This document shows, piece by piece, positions 47,183 to 57,039 of a stretch of DNA of 64,000 bases; the stretch's first letter is position 1; each line of letters begins with the position of its first letter. Below the pieces are notes generated by a model, which was given only the letters and a program-made list of their open reading frames with translations, was not told where the DNA came from and ran no database searches. The DNA lies in the NCBI GenBank assembly GCA_046758505.1, contig JBHIAH010000007.1:1-64000 (forward strand). Direction: 5' to 3'. This stretch comes from Candidatus Methylomirabilales bacterium. Its GTDB lineage: Bacteria > Methylomirabilota > Methylomirabilia > Methylomirabilales > CSP1-5. A program made the position numbers and the translations under genes.

Positions 47183-47848
47183 ATGGCATTGCCGCAAGCA
47201 AATTACCGGAAGAATCCACCAGGGATGCTGCGACACCTCGGGAAAATTGACCTGATCAAGACCCTCACCCACAAGTTCAGCGCCGAGGCTCGGGGCCTAT
47301 TTCAGCAGTTCCCGGGCACTCTCCCGGTGGGGGCCCCAGCGGCCGACATCACGCTCCAGACTGTCTCGGGCAAGACGGTCTCCCTGGGCAACTACCGGGG
47401 GAAGAAGCACGTGGTCTTGGAGTTCGGCTCGTTCACCTGACCCCCGTTCCGGGAGCAGGTCGCTCCCCTGAAGCGGCTCGAAGAGAAGTACCGGGGCCGG
47501 GATGTGGAGTTTCTCACGGTCTACGTCCGCGAGGCGCATCCGGGTGAACCGGGATACCGGGAGTACTCCCAACACCACAATTTTGCCCAGAAGCGTGACT
47601 ACGCCCGGCAGTTGATTGCCGAGGACAACCTCACCTGCCCTGTCCTCGTGGACGGGATGGACGAGGCGGTCCACCGGCAGTACGGCGGTCTCCCCAACAT
47701 GGTCTATGTGATCGATAAGGCGGGGACCATCGCGTACAAGGCCACCTGGACTGTCGCTGAGGAGCTTGATGCGGTCCTGATGGAACTCACTGCGAACGAC
47801 CCGGCTCATGCGCCGGCCTGCGGGTGCGGCGAGGAGAGGTGCCAATGA
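47183..47848 (+). CDS. Iodothyronine-deiodinase-like thioredoxin-fold protein, probable selenoprotein
   Basis: VVLEFGSFT-TGA-PPF, then FLTVYVREAHP and YGGLPN; ORFs 47183-47440 and 47504-47848 in frame; hairpin GGGAGC-AGGTC-GCTCCC 10 nt after the TGA at 47438-47440. Confidence 0.92.
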
Positions 47849-47986
47849 ACCTCCCCGAGAGTGCCGAGTCCACACAGGCTCGGCATCAATCAGGGTGAAG
47901 TTCTTGAGCGGATGCCCGTCGTGGACCTCTTCAACGGGATCAACAAGTTCCCCGACGGGCTCCAAATTGAGCCGGACGTGAGGTAA
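47849..47986 (+). pseudogene. C-terminal fragment of a carboxymuconolactone decarboxylase/AhpD-like protein
   Basis: RLGINQGEVLERMPVVDLFNGINKFPDGLQIEPD resembles the CMD/AhpD C-terminus; in frame with the upstream gene across a TGA. Confidence 0.45.
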
Positions 47987-48115
47987 AGGGAGCGCCCGAC
48001 CGATCGGCTGCAAGGTGCGCCCCGGCAGTGCCAATCGCTGGGCTAGAAGTCCCCAAGCCGACATACTCGTTCAAGACGAGCCCTGGGCCAGGAAGGAAAT
48101 CGAGGAGGCACCGTT

Positions 48116-48784
48116 ATGGCGAAACTGCAGGTGAAGGGGATTGCCTTTGACATGTACGGCACGGTAGTCGATGTGGGAGCGGTGGCCGAGGCGTGCAAGG
48201 CCGTGGCGCCGGACCCGGTCGCCTTCAACACCCAGTGGCGAAGCAAGCAGCTCGAGTACACCTTTCTCCGGACCCTGATGGGGAGGTACCGGGACTTCTG
48301 GAAGGTAACGGAGGAGGCCCTGGAGTTCACCATCCGGCGTTTTGCCTTGCAGGTCGCTCCCACCAAGCGGCAGGACCTGATGGAGGCCTGGCTCCACCCC
48401 ACCCCCTACCCCGAGGTGGCGGCGGCCCTACCCCGGCTGAAGGAGAAGTATCCGCTGGCCATCCTGTCGAACGGAACTTCACAGATGCTCCGGACGGGTC
48501 TCGAGCGGGCCAGGCTCCGGCCTGACTTCCGGTGGGTTTTGAGTGCCGACGCGGTCAAGCAGTACAAGCCAGCCCCCGAGGTGTACGGGCTAGCGGTCAA
48601 GCACATGGCGCTGCCGAAGAGCGACATCCTCTTTGTCTCGTCGAACAGCTTCGATGTGGTGGGGGCCAAAAACTTCGGATTCACGGTCTGCTGGATCAAC
48701 CGGACGGGGGTCCCACTGGATCCTCTCGGGCCAAAGCCGGACCTGGTCGTCACGAGTTTCGATGACCTGGTGGGGGCACTCTGA
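48116..48784 (+). CDS. Haloacid dehalogenase type II
   Basis: AFDMYGTVVD, WRSKQLEY, ILSNG, YKPAPEVY, FVSSNSFD, WINR. Confidence 0.92.
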   Translation: MAKLQVKGIAFDMYGTVVDVGAVAEACKAVAPDPVAFNTQWRSKQLEYTFLRTLMGRYRDFWKVTEEALEFTIRRFALQVAPTKRQDLMEAWLHPTPYPEVAAALPRLKEKYPLAILSNGTSQMLRTGLERARLRPDFRWVLSADAVKQYKPAPEVYGLAVKHMALPKSDILFVSSNSFDVVGAKNFGFTVCWINRTGVPLDPLGPKPDLVVTSFDDLVGAL

Positions 48785-49148
48785 AGGATGCTCTGACCCC
48801 GGACGGCACACGACGCCAGGAAGCCGAGGGGTTCCCGAAGCGCTCCGGCGGCGACGGTGGCCCGGCAGCGTGAACGGCATTGTCGCGGCGGCCCGAAGGA
48901 TGAAATAAACAGGGCTGCCAGTGTGTTCCGCGTATGGTGAGGGTCAGGCTCTTGTTTGACTGGGGAGCGGGTACGCAAACTCTCCGAAACACGGGCACCC
49001 GTATATCCGAGCAGGCCCGGACCAGAGGGTCGGATGAGTCTTCGCGAACGCTCCCCGCGGTGTTTCTTGAACCCGGCATAGCGGTCCCTTGGGAGACCAT
49101 GGTCCCAACGGCTGCTGCCGGCTAGTAAAGGAGAAGGAGGTGGACCTC

Positions 49149-50282
49149 ATGGAAATGCAGCAGCAGAGGGACAGGTGTCATCGTGCCCATCGTCTTTTCG
49201 CGGCAACTCTGACGGTTTTTCTCACCGCTGCCTTGGTGGGTTGTGCCACCGCGCGACCGTCCCTGGCCCAGGCCAAACCTCCGGCAGGCCCCCCGGTTCC
49301 GGGGCTGCATGCCTATACCCAGGGCCATGCCAGACACCAGTCGCCGCCTGGCCGGTTAGGCGGTCCGCTGACGGTCACGGTCACCCAGCACAACGGCAGC
49401 ACCCGGTGGGTCCTCCCCGGACCACGGTTCCTGGATCCCTCCGTCTTCGGTACTCCAGCGAATCCGGTCGGCTTCGATCCAGCCCCCTTCCCCCTCCTGG
49501 GGATTCCGGTCAAGATGCGGAAGGTGCACAACGGTCACTACAGCTTCGTGGACCACGCCACACCGTTTAGCGACTGGCGCGAGGTCGGGGTCGGCGACAT
49601 CGAGATGCGGGTGGTCGACGCCACCGCTACGGATGGGGCTCGGACCAAAGACAAGGTCCATTTCGTGGCGAAGTTCAGGAGCCCGGACGGGAAGCACACG
49701 TACCGGGTGACGGCCGACAAACCGATTCCCCACGGCATGGCATATCCCTTCTTCGGGGGGGTGGTGACCAATCACCTCCTCCATGGGGCCACCGGCATCG
49801 GGACCCGGTTGATGCCCACCGAGTACACCTACGCCGCCTTCTGGGCGATCGGGAACATCTACCGCGATGGACGACTGGTCAACCCGAAACATATGGTTCA
49901 TGTCATGGTCACGGAAGTCGTCCGGGGTGAAGGCTACACGCTCCAACGCGACGGCGGGGTGGGTAACCCCCCCAGTGGGATTACCCTCCACCTGATGGTC
50001 CCACCCTTCAAGGTCACTCCGGCTGGACTAAAGCCGGACCCGGTGCGGAGCGGGTTCATCCCCTTCCCCTTTGTCAAGAAACACATGATGGCAGCGATGA
50101 AAAAGGCCAAGCGGCTGCCTGCAGCCCAGCGGGAGGCGCGGATGGCGGCACTGAAAGAGGGCAAGATGCTGATGGGGCGGACCAAGGAACACGTGATGAA
50201 GGCCATGAAGGCCGGCAAGATGGACGGCCAGCCGTTCTTCCACGTGATGTTCGGGAATATCCAGATGCAGGCGAGTCACTAG
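49149..50282 (+). CDS. Exported His/Met-rich protein of unknown function (possible lipoprotein)
   Basis: 377 aa; LVGC lipobox-like motif; PHG, NHLLHG, HMVHVM, LHLM, FFHVMF; RBS AAGGAGG. Confidence 0.75.
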   Translation: MEMQQQRDRCHRAHRLFAATLTVFLTAALVGCATARPSLAQAKPPAGPPVPGLHAYTQGHARHQSPPGRLGGPLTVTVTQHNGSTRWVLPGPRFLDPSVFGTPANPVGFDPAPFPLLGIPVKMRKVHNGHYSFVDHATPFSDWREVGVGDIEMRVVDATATDGARTKDKVHFVAKFRSPDGKHTYRVTADKPIPHGMAYPFFGGVVTNHLLHGATGIGTRLMPTEYTYAAFWAIGNIYRDGRLVNPKHMVHVMVTEVVRGEGYTLQRDGGVGNPPSGITLHLMVPPFKVTPAGLKPDPVRSGFIPFPFVKKHMMAAMKKAKRLPAAQREARMAALKEGKMLMGRTKEHVMKAMKAGKMDGQPFFHVMFGNIQMQASH

Positions 50283-50289
50283 CCGACCA

Positions 50290-50322
50290 GGCGGGAGCCC
50301 CTCGGGGTGAGGGGCTCCCGCC
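50290..50322 (+). terminator. 14-bp intergenic hairpin
   Basis: GGCGGGAGCCCCTC-ggggt-GAGGGGCTCCCGCC. Confidence 0.5.
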
Positions 50323-50336
50323 CCCTCACGCACACT

Positions 50337-51605
50337 ATGCGTAAGAGCGGACATGCCCTCAGCGCCTTCGGGCTCCTCGTCCTTGTCGCCTCGGCCTCCG
50401 TTCAGCCAGGGTCCGCCACCGGCGACCCAGGAGCACCCCGGATTGTCACCCTGGCGGACATCGAGTTTCGGCCGTCCCGGATCCGGGCGAAACTCGGTGA
50501 TGCGATCACATTCGTCAACACGGACCCCTTCGAACACAACGTCTACATCGTTCGCACCGCCAACCCCAACGAGGTCCTGTTTCCCGCGACGCCGGTTCCC
50601 TCAGGAAAATCCATCACGGTGAGGATTCGGCAAGACGGGCTGTATACGGTCTACTGCACGATCCATGGGGGGATGACGGCAAAGTTGTCCACCACCGGTT
50701 CCTTCGAGCTCACGGAGGCCGAGAAACGAGAAGCGGCGAAGGCAGCGGCCGCCCTTCCCCCAATCGTCAAGACCGGTGAGAAGCTGTTCTGGGGCAAAGG
50801 CCAGTGCCATCACTGCCACCGGATGGGCGATCGGGGGAGCGCCCGACGGGGGCCAAACCTCCGGGACATTGGTCTTCGCGCACACATCCAGGCGAAGAAA
50901 CTCGGACTCGCATCAGGCACGGACTATCTCGTCCAGTCCATTCTCGCGCCACAGGCCTACGTCGTCGCCGGCTACACCAATGACATGGCCACGGTCTACC
51001 AGCCCCCCATTGACCTGGATGAAGAACAGATCAAGGCGGTGATCACCTATCTCCAAAGCCAGGGGGGCAGGGTCGATACCTGGGCGATCGACATCAACAA
51101 GAATGTTCTCGATTCTCTCCCGTCGATGAACCCGTTTCGCAATGGCAACCCTAAACGGGGCAAAGAGGTCTTCACCGAGGCCGGATGCAATAGCTGTCAC
51201 GCGGTGGGACATCGGGATGAGAGCTCTATTGGACCGGACCTCTCCGCGATCGGCGCGTACCGCAACTGGGCCTGGCTGGCTGAATCCGTCATCGACCCAA
51301 ACGCCGAAATCGGGGCCAACTGGAAGAATGCCACGGTGAACCTGAAGTCGGGAAAATCGGTCTCCGGCATTTTGCGGAAAAAGACCGCCAAGACAATCCA
51401 GATCATGGTGTCCAGTGATCAGGTGATGACTCTTTCCCGCGATAAGATCGGGCGGATTGAAATCAGCACGCTATCCCGCATGCCGGGAGACTACGGCGAA
51501 CTCCTGACCTTCCAGCAGATGGCGGACCTGCTACGGTACCTGCAGACGCTCAAGGGCGATGTCGGCGGCCCCCGAGCGGGAAGTCCCAAGCCGTCCGGAG
51601 GGTGA
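50337..51605 (+). CDS. Cupredoxin plus diheme cytochrome c fusion
   Basis: Signal peptide; HNV...YCTIHGGM type-1 Cu site; CHHCH and CNSCH; GPDLSAIG...SRMP heme-binding domain. Confidence 0.88.
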   Translation: MRKSGHALSAFGLLVLVASASVQPGSATGDPGAPRIVTLADIEFRPSRIRAKLGDAITFVNTDPFEHNVYIVRTANPNEVLFPATPVPSGKSITVRIRQDGLYTVYCTIHGGMTAKLSTTGSFELTEAEKREAAKAAAALPPIVKTGEKLFWGKGQCHHCHRMGDRGSARRGPNLRDIGLRAHIQAKKLGLASGTDYLVQSILAPQAYVVAGYTNDMATVYQPPIDLDEEQIKAVITYLQSQGGRVDTWAIDINKNVLDSLPSMNPFRNGNPKRGKEVFTEAGCNSCHAVGHRDESSIGPDLSAIGAYRNWAWLAESVIDPNAEIGANWKNATVNLKSGKSVSGILRKKTAKTIQIMVSSDQVMTLSRDKIGRIEISTLSRMPGDYGELLTFQQMADLLRYLQTLKGDVGGPRAGSPKPSGG

Positions 51606-51713
51606 GGAGCAGGTCCTGGAGCTTGCAACTCGACGGCTCGCCTCGAGAGTCACTCCCCCCAGCAGCAGTGGCTGGCCCAGACCTTCCTGTTCAGGCCCCA
51701 ACGTGCGGAAGGG

Positions 51714-51739
51714 GGAACCCCATCCACCGGTCCGGCGTT
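51714..51739 (+). promoter_or_regulatory. Class B ECF-type promoter
   Basis: GGAAC-N17-CGTT upstream of small ORF 51847. Confidence 0.55.
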
Positions 51740-51846
51740 TCCTAACTGGATGCTCTCCAGGCAGAAACCAGGCGCCTCTGTGGTGTCGAGGAACTATGCG
51801 GGAGGGGGGCAGTCCCTGGGGCCTATTTTTTCAGTGGAGCAGACCA

Positions 51847-52025
51847 TGACGGTAAAGCTCTTTCCGCTCGCGCATGATATCGACGGGAGGACCATTGTCC
51901 TGGCCCATCCTCGGCCCACCACCCTGGAGGAACTCATCTCCGCGATCCATGACGGCCTGGCCCTCTCGTGGGTTGCGATCTTCTTCGAGAAGATGCTCGT
52001 GATCACCCCGATCACCTTCAACTGA
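51847..52025 (+). CDS. Small hypothetical protein (about 59 aa)
   Basis: MTVKLFPLAHDIDGRT...; GGAG RBS and promoter motif upstream. Confidence 0.45.
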
Positions 52026-52198
52026 CCGGGCGGTCCTGATCGATCAACCAGCCTCCTGACCTGCAAACCGGTCGTGTGTTCTCGAGCGACTCGACTCCAT
52101 CCGCCGGCAGGACTGACTGCTCAGGGGAGGGGGGGGCCGTACACCGCTCTGCGGGACCAGGGGGCCCTTTCCGCTCCTCTCCCTGTGCAGCCGTTCAT

Positions 52199-52227
52199 GA
52201 ATCTTCTCGGCGGGGCGCGGCATCTTA
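52199..52227 (+). promoter_or_regulatory. Class A ECF-type promoter of the Mla-like operon
   Basis: GAATC-N17-CATCTTA. Confidence 0.65.
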
Positions 52228-52296
52228 TCTGGTGGTGGCGACGGAACAGGATGGGGGGACGACCTGATAGATCGAAACGATAACTGTAGTCTCTGG

Positions 52297-52812
52297 ATGA
52301 AAAGGTGTCTCCGGGTCTGCCTTCCGGTCGTTGGGATCTTCCTCACGGCCTGTGCGGCCGGTCATGTCAGCGACGGAACGTACATCAATGAGGCCAAGGG
52401 CTTTGTGGTCCAGCTTCCACGAAAGGCCTGGACGGTCGACACAGGAAACGAGGCAGACCTCGTCCTGCGCCATGCGGAGCGCCAGGCGGGGATGTCGATC
52501 CATGCGACCTGCGGAGAAATCCCCCCCCATCGCTCCCTCGAGGTCCTGAGTCGGCACCTCTTTTTCGGCATCAAGGGGAAAGAGCTCCTGTGGCAGAAAC
52601 ACCACGCGGCGTCCCCCGGGGAGAGCCTGGAGTCGGTCCTGCGGGGGAAACTGGACGGCAGGGCAGTCCGGCTCCATGCCTACACGGTGAAGGGTCCCGA
52701 GTGTGTCTATGACCTGGTCTTGTTTGCCGCCCCCGAGGACTACGCGGCGGTGAATGGGGAATTTGAGGCCCTGGTTCGGCAGTTTCAGTTGGTAGGGGGA
52801 GGGAAGCCGTGA
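52297..52812 (+). CDS. Lipoprotein (PsbP/DcrB-like fold possible)
   Basis: Lipobox LTAC; two further Cys; translationally coupled to mlaE. Confidence 0.75.
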   Translation: MKRCLRVCLPVVGIFLTACAAGHVSDGTYINEAKGFVVQLPRKAWTVDTGNEADLVLRHAERQAGMSIHATCGEIPPHRSLEVLSRHLFFGIKGKELLWQKHHAASPGESLESVLRGKLDGRAVRLHAYTVKGPECVYDLVLFAAPEDYAAVNGEFEALVRQFQLVGGGKP

Positions 52813-53552
52813 GGGGATTCTTCGAATATATTGGCGGATGCGCCGTGTTGGCCGGTCAGGCCTTCCGGGAAGCCTTTGTCCCGCCCTACCCCCACGGCCT
52901 CATCGTCGCGCAGATTCATGCGATGGGGGTCCTCTCGCTGATCCTGACCGTCATTGCCGGCCTCTTCGCCGGGATGGTGGTGGCCCTGCAGGGGGCGCAC
53001 GAGCTACAACGCTTCGGGGCGATCCTCTACATTGGCCCCACAGTGGCCAATGCCATGGTCCGGGAGGCAGGACCGGTCATGACGGCGCTCCTCGTCGGCG
53101 GGAAGGTCGGGGCAGGCATCACCGCCGAGCTCGGCGCCATGAAGGTGACGGAGCAGGTCGATGCCCTCCGGGCCATCGGGGCGAACGCCGTGAAGTTCCT
53201 GGTCCTCCCCCGGCTTCTGGCAGGCCTGCTCGTTTTCCCCCTCTTGACCATCATTGCGAATGTCGTCGGCATCATCGGCGGCCTGCTCGTCACCATGTTT
53301 CAGTTCCAGCTCGACTATATGCTCTATTGGAACACGATTTCTGACTTCACGACGTATCAGGACTACTTCAGCGGTTTTGGAAAATCGGTGGTGTTCGGCT
53401 TTTTGGTCGCTCTGGCCGGCTGTCACCAAGGCCTCACCTTTACCGGAGGAACCACCGAGCTGGGGCGCGCCACAACCATGACGGTGGTGGTCATCGGGAT
53501 CGCCGTCCTGGTGTCCGATTATCTCCTGACCCAGCTCTTTTTCCTCTTCTAG
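52809..53552 (+). CDS. mlaE: MlaE-family ABC permease
   Basis: VREAGPVMTALLVGGKVGAGITAELGAMKVTEQVDAL, LVLPR. Confidence 0.92.
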   Translation: MRGFFEYIGGCAVLAGQAFREAFVPPYPHGLIVAQIHAMGVLSLILTVIAGLFAGMVVALQGAHELQRFGAILYIGPTVANAMVREAGPVMTALLVGGKVGAGITAELGAMKVTEQVDALRAIGANAVKFLVLPRLLAGLLVFPLLTIIANVVGIIGGLLVTMFQFQLDYMLYWNTISDFTTYQDYFSGFGKSVVFGFLVALAGCHQGLTFTGGTTELGRATTMTVVVIGIAVLVSDYLLTQLFFLF

Positions 53553-53561
53553 AGGAGAGAC

Positions 53562-54359
53562 ATGACTGCGCCGACGGCCACAGGCTTGGAAATCATCCGG
53601 ATTCGCGGGGTCCAGATGGCCTTTAATGCTCACCGGGTTCTGGCCGGGATCGAGTTCGACCTTCGGGCGTGCGAGACACTGAGTATCCTCGGGGGGAGCG
53701 GCTCCGGCAAGACCACCCTGCTGAAATTGATCACCGGCCTCCTCAAACCGGACGATGGGGAGATCTTCCTGTTCGGCCAGAACATCGTTCGCCTGAGCGA
53801 GCGACACCTGGTCCCCGTGCGCAGGCGCATGGGGGTTGTCTTCCAGGGGGCGGCCCTCTTTGACTCCCTGACCGTGTTTGAGAATATTGCCTTTCCCCTC
53901 AGGCTCCACACCAATGCGAAAGAGGGGGAAATCCGGGACCGCGTGGCCGAGGGCCTCAAGCAGGTAGGGCTTCCCGGGATCGAGGGCCAATACCCGAGCG
54001 AGCTGAGCGGCGGGATGAAGAAGCGGGTGGGCATCGCCCGGGCGCTGGCCCTCGAGCCAGAGGTCGTCCTCTTCGACGAGCCGACGGCAGGCCTGGACCC
54101 CAAGAACGCCCGGATGATCTGCGACCTGATTGCCGAACTGCGCCGGGATCGGTGCGAGACCTCGGTGGTGGTGACTCACGATCTGCACTGCGCCTTTACG
54201 ATCTCGAACCGGATCGCCTTTCTCCACCGGGGTCAGATCATTGAGGTCGCCAGTCCCGAGGACTTCCGAAATTCGCCACGGCCTGAGGTCCAGGCATTCT
54301 TGGAGGGCACGCTGGACTGGATGAGCCCGCCGCACCCTGACGGGGAGGGGTCCTCATGA
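53562..54359 (+). CDS. mlaF: MlaF-family ABC ATPase
   Basis: [46 protein letters not shown]. Confidence 0.92.
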   Translation: MTAPTATGLEIIRIRGVQMAFNAHRVLAGIEFDLRACETLSILGGSGSGKTTLLKLITGLLKPDDGEIFLFGQNIVRLSERHLVPVRRRMGVVFQGAALFDSLTVFENIAFPLRLHTNAKEGEIRDRVAEGLKQVGLPGIEGQYPSELSGGMKKRVGIARALALEPEVVLFDEPTAGLDPKNARMICDLIAELRRDRCETSVVVTHDLHCAFTISNRIAFLHRGQIIEVASPEDFRNSPRPEVQAFLEGTLDWMSPPHPDGEGSS

Positions 54360-55348
54360 ATCCCCGGACCAACGTGAAGCTCATGGCGGGACTGTTCGTC
54401 TTTGCCGGGCTCCTCCTCTTTGCCGCGTCGATCTTCTTTTTGGGGGAGCGGGGAAGATACTTTGCCGTCCAGCATCCGCTCAAGGCCTCCTTCACCAATG
54501 TAGCCGGCCTGCATCAGGGGGCACCGGTCCGGTTGGCGGGAGTGGCAGTTGGGCGCGTGACCGCCATCCGCCTCCCCACCCCACCCAACCAAAAGGTGCT
54601 CGTGGAGCTGAATGTGGCCGGGACAGCCATCGAGAGCATCCGGGCAGACTCCATCGCCCGAATCGAAAGCATGGGGTTCTTGGGGGACAAGTTCGTCGAA
54701 ATCAGCGTCGGAACGCAAGACTCCACCCTGCCCGACGGGGCGACCCTCCGGACCGAGGAACCGCCGGGCTTCGGGGCGCTTGTGGGTCAGGGGCGGCAGG
54801 CGCTCGGGCACGTGGAGCGGTTTGCCGCATCTTTGGAGGAGGGAAAGGGAGCCCTCCCCTGGCTCATTCAGGATCCGGCCAGCCGACAATTCATGCAAGA
54901 CCTCGGTCGCACCGCCGAGGCGCTCGCAGCCGTATCCAAGGAGGTGAAGGAGGGTCGCGGCCTGGCCCATGCCCTCATCTACGACCCGGAGGGGGGCAGG
55001 ATGATCGAGAAGGCATCGCAGACGGTGGCGCAGGTCCAATCCCTACTCCAAGAGATCCGGGAGGGCGACGGAGCGCTCCCTACCCTCCTGTTCGATCCGA
55101 ACTCAAAACAGCTCCTGGAGAATCTCACGGAGGTCTCCGAGCACCTCAAAGCCATCAGCGCGAAGATGGCCCAGGGCGAGGGGACCCTCGGGGCATTGCT
55201 GGTCGATCCTACCGCGTATGAAGATCTCACGGCTCTGCTCGAGGGGGCGCAGCGGAGCTGGATCCTGCGCTGGGTGATCCGCAGCACGCTGAAATCGGGG
55301 CGGGAGGCCCGGCATGAGAAGGCAACGGTAGGAGCAATTGAAAAATGA
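54356..55348 (+). CDS. mlaD: MlaD/MCE-family protein
   Basis: N-terminal [30 protein letters not shown], long helical GEGTLGALL tail. Confidence 0.9.
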   Translation: MNPRTNVKLMAGLFVFAGLLLFAASIFFLGERGRYFAVQHPLKASFTNVAGLHQGAPVRLAGVAVGRVTAIRLPTPPNQKVLVELNVAGTAIESIRADSIARIESMGFLGDKFVEISVGTQDSTLPDGATLRTEEPPGFGALVGQGRQALGHVERFAASLEEGKGALPWLIQDPASRQFMQDLGRTAEALAAVSKEVKEGRGLAHALIYDPEGGRMIEKASQTVAQVQSLLQEIREGDGALPTLLFDPNSKQLLENLTEVSEHLKAISAKMAQGEGTLGALLVDPTAYEDLTALLEGAQRSWILRWVIRSTLKSGREARHEKATVGAIEK

Positions 55349-56979
55349 AAGCGACCTTTGTCCATCTCTCCGGCACGAAGCGGGGGGAGACCGAGGTCTT
55401 CCAACGGGAGTGGCTTCGGATCGGCTCAGATCCCGAAAGCGACCTCACCCTCGCGGAAAGACCGGTGGCCCCGCGGCATGCCGAGATCCGATTCGAGAAC
55501 TGCGAATATCTCCTCCGCGACCTCGGCAGCCCGGACGGAACCTTCGTCAACGGCGGGCAGATCGCCGAGATCTTCCTCCAGGATGGCGACCTGATCGAAT
55601 TCGGGGTCGGGGGGCCCAAACTCCGCTTCCGCATCCGCCCCGAGGATCACGCCGGGTGTAAGCCCCTCCGCCACATCCTCGCCGATTCCCGGGACCTGGC
55701 CCGGGAACACAGGAGGGGGCCCCTGACAGGGACTGCGACCTTTCTGAAGCAGGCCCTAGCGGAGATGATCCGGGAGTACTCCTGGCGCCTTGGGATCGCC
55801 GCCCTCGTGTTCCTCCTCCTTTCCGGAGGGACCGTCGGGCTCCTCCTCCACCGGAGCCACCAGGAGCAATCCCGGTACGAAGAGACGCTCGCCGAGCTGG
55901 CCCAGCAGATCGAGGAGGCGGCACGCGTGCGCCAGCAGCTCCGGGAGGCCGTCCAGCGACAGAGCGGATTTGAGGCCCAGTTGGGAGAGAGATTGGAGAC
56001 CATCGACCTTCTCCAGCAGGGGCGGGCTCGCCTGCAGCAAAGGCTCCGGGAAGCCAGGGCGAACGCCGAGCCCAGTCGGAAAGAAATTCAGCGGATGCGC
56101 CACGCGCTGTCGATGGCCGAGGAGCGCATCCGATCGCTGGAAGAGGCCCAGGGAGCCGCGGAACGCATCATCGACCGGTACGCGGCGGGGGTGGCCTTCG
56201 TTCAAGGGAGCTTTATTCTCGAAGATCGTTCCGGCCGACCCGTGCGGCAGGCTGGTCGCGACCGCGAGGGCAGGCAGGTCTTCTCGCTCAAGGGCAAAGG
56301 TGAAATCGTCAGAATCACGTATAGTGGCACCGCCCTGCTGGTGAGCAACGATGGTCGGCTCCTCACCAACCGGCATGTGGCGGAACCCTGGTGGGAGGAA
56401 AAGGCATGGAAACCCTTCCTCGAACGGGGGTTACAGCCGCGACTCCAATACCTCCTCGCCTTTTTCCCGGGGAGACGGGAGGCCTTTCCCCTCGAGGTGG
56501 TGGCCGTATCCGACGCCGCAGATGTGGCCGTGATTCGGATGACAGACGATGTAGCCCGCCTCCGTCTCCCGGTCCTCCCACTGGCGCATTCACCGAAGGG
56601 GGTGAAGCCCGGCAGTCCCGTCCTGCTGTTAGGCTACCCAACCGGGCTCGAGGCGATCCTGGCCAAACTGGATCCTGAGACGCTGCAGACGATCTTCAAG
56701 ACAGTGGGGGATAACACCCTCTCCTTGGCCTCGGAGGTGGGTCGGCGAGGCCTGATCCGCCCTCTGGCCACGCAAGGCATTATCGGGGACCAGACCCCGA
56801 CGGAGCTGGTCTATGACGCCAAGACCACCGCCGGCGGGAGTGGGGGGCCACTCTTCAACCTGGAAGGAGAGGTCATCGGCATCAACCGGGCCGTCCTGCA
56901 GGATTTTGGCGGATCAAACCTCGCCGTGCCCATCCAGTTCGGGCGAGCCCTGCTCACGGACACGCCGGCGAAGCGGTGA
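55345..56979 (+). CDS. FHA domain - TM - coiled coil - trypsin-like serine peptidase
   Basis: RHAEI...DLGSPDGTFVNG FHA; TNRHV, DVAVI, GGSGGP catalytic triad. Confidence 0.85.
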   Translation: MKATFVHLSGTKRGETEVFQREWLRIGSDPESDLTLAERPVAPRHAEIRFENCEYLLRDLGSPDGTFVNGGQIAEIFLQDGDLIEFGVGGPKLRFRIRPEDHAGCKPLRHILADSRDLAREHRRGPLTGTATFLKQALAEMIREYSWRLGIAALVFLLLSGGTVGLLLHRSHQEQSRYEETLAELAQQIEEAARVRQQLREAVQRQSGFEAQLGERLETIDLLQQGRARLQQRLREARANAEPSRKEIQRMRHALSMAEERIRSLEEAQGAAERIIDRYAAGVAFVQGSFILEDRSGRPVRQAGRDREGRQVFSLKGKGEIVRITYSGTALLVSNDGRLLTNRHVAEPWWEEKAWKPFLERGLQPRLQYLLAFFPGRREAFPLEVVAVSDAADVAVIRMTDDVARLRLPVLPLAHSPKGVKPGSPVLLLGYPTGLEAILAKLDPETLQTIFKTVGDNTLSLASEVGRRGLIRPLATQGIIGDQTPTELVYDAKTTAGGSGGPLFNLEGEVIGINRAVLQDFGGSNLAVPIQFGRALLTDTPAKR

Positions 56980-57039
56980 GATCGCCTGACGCGGAGGGGG
57001 CGAAAGCGGGGGGCCCCAGGCCGACCCGTCGCGATCGGC

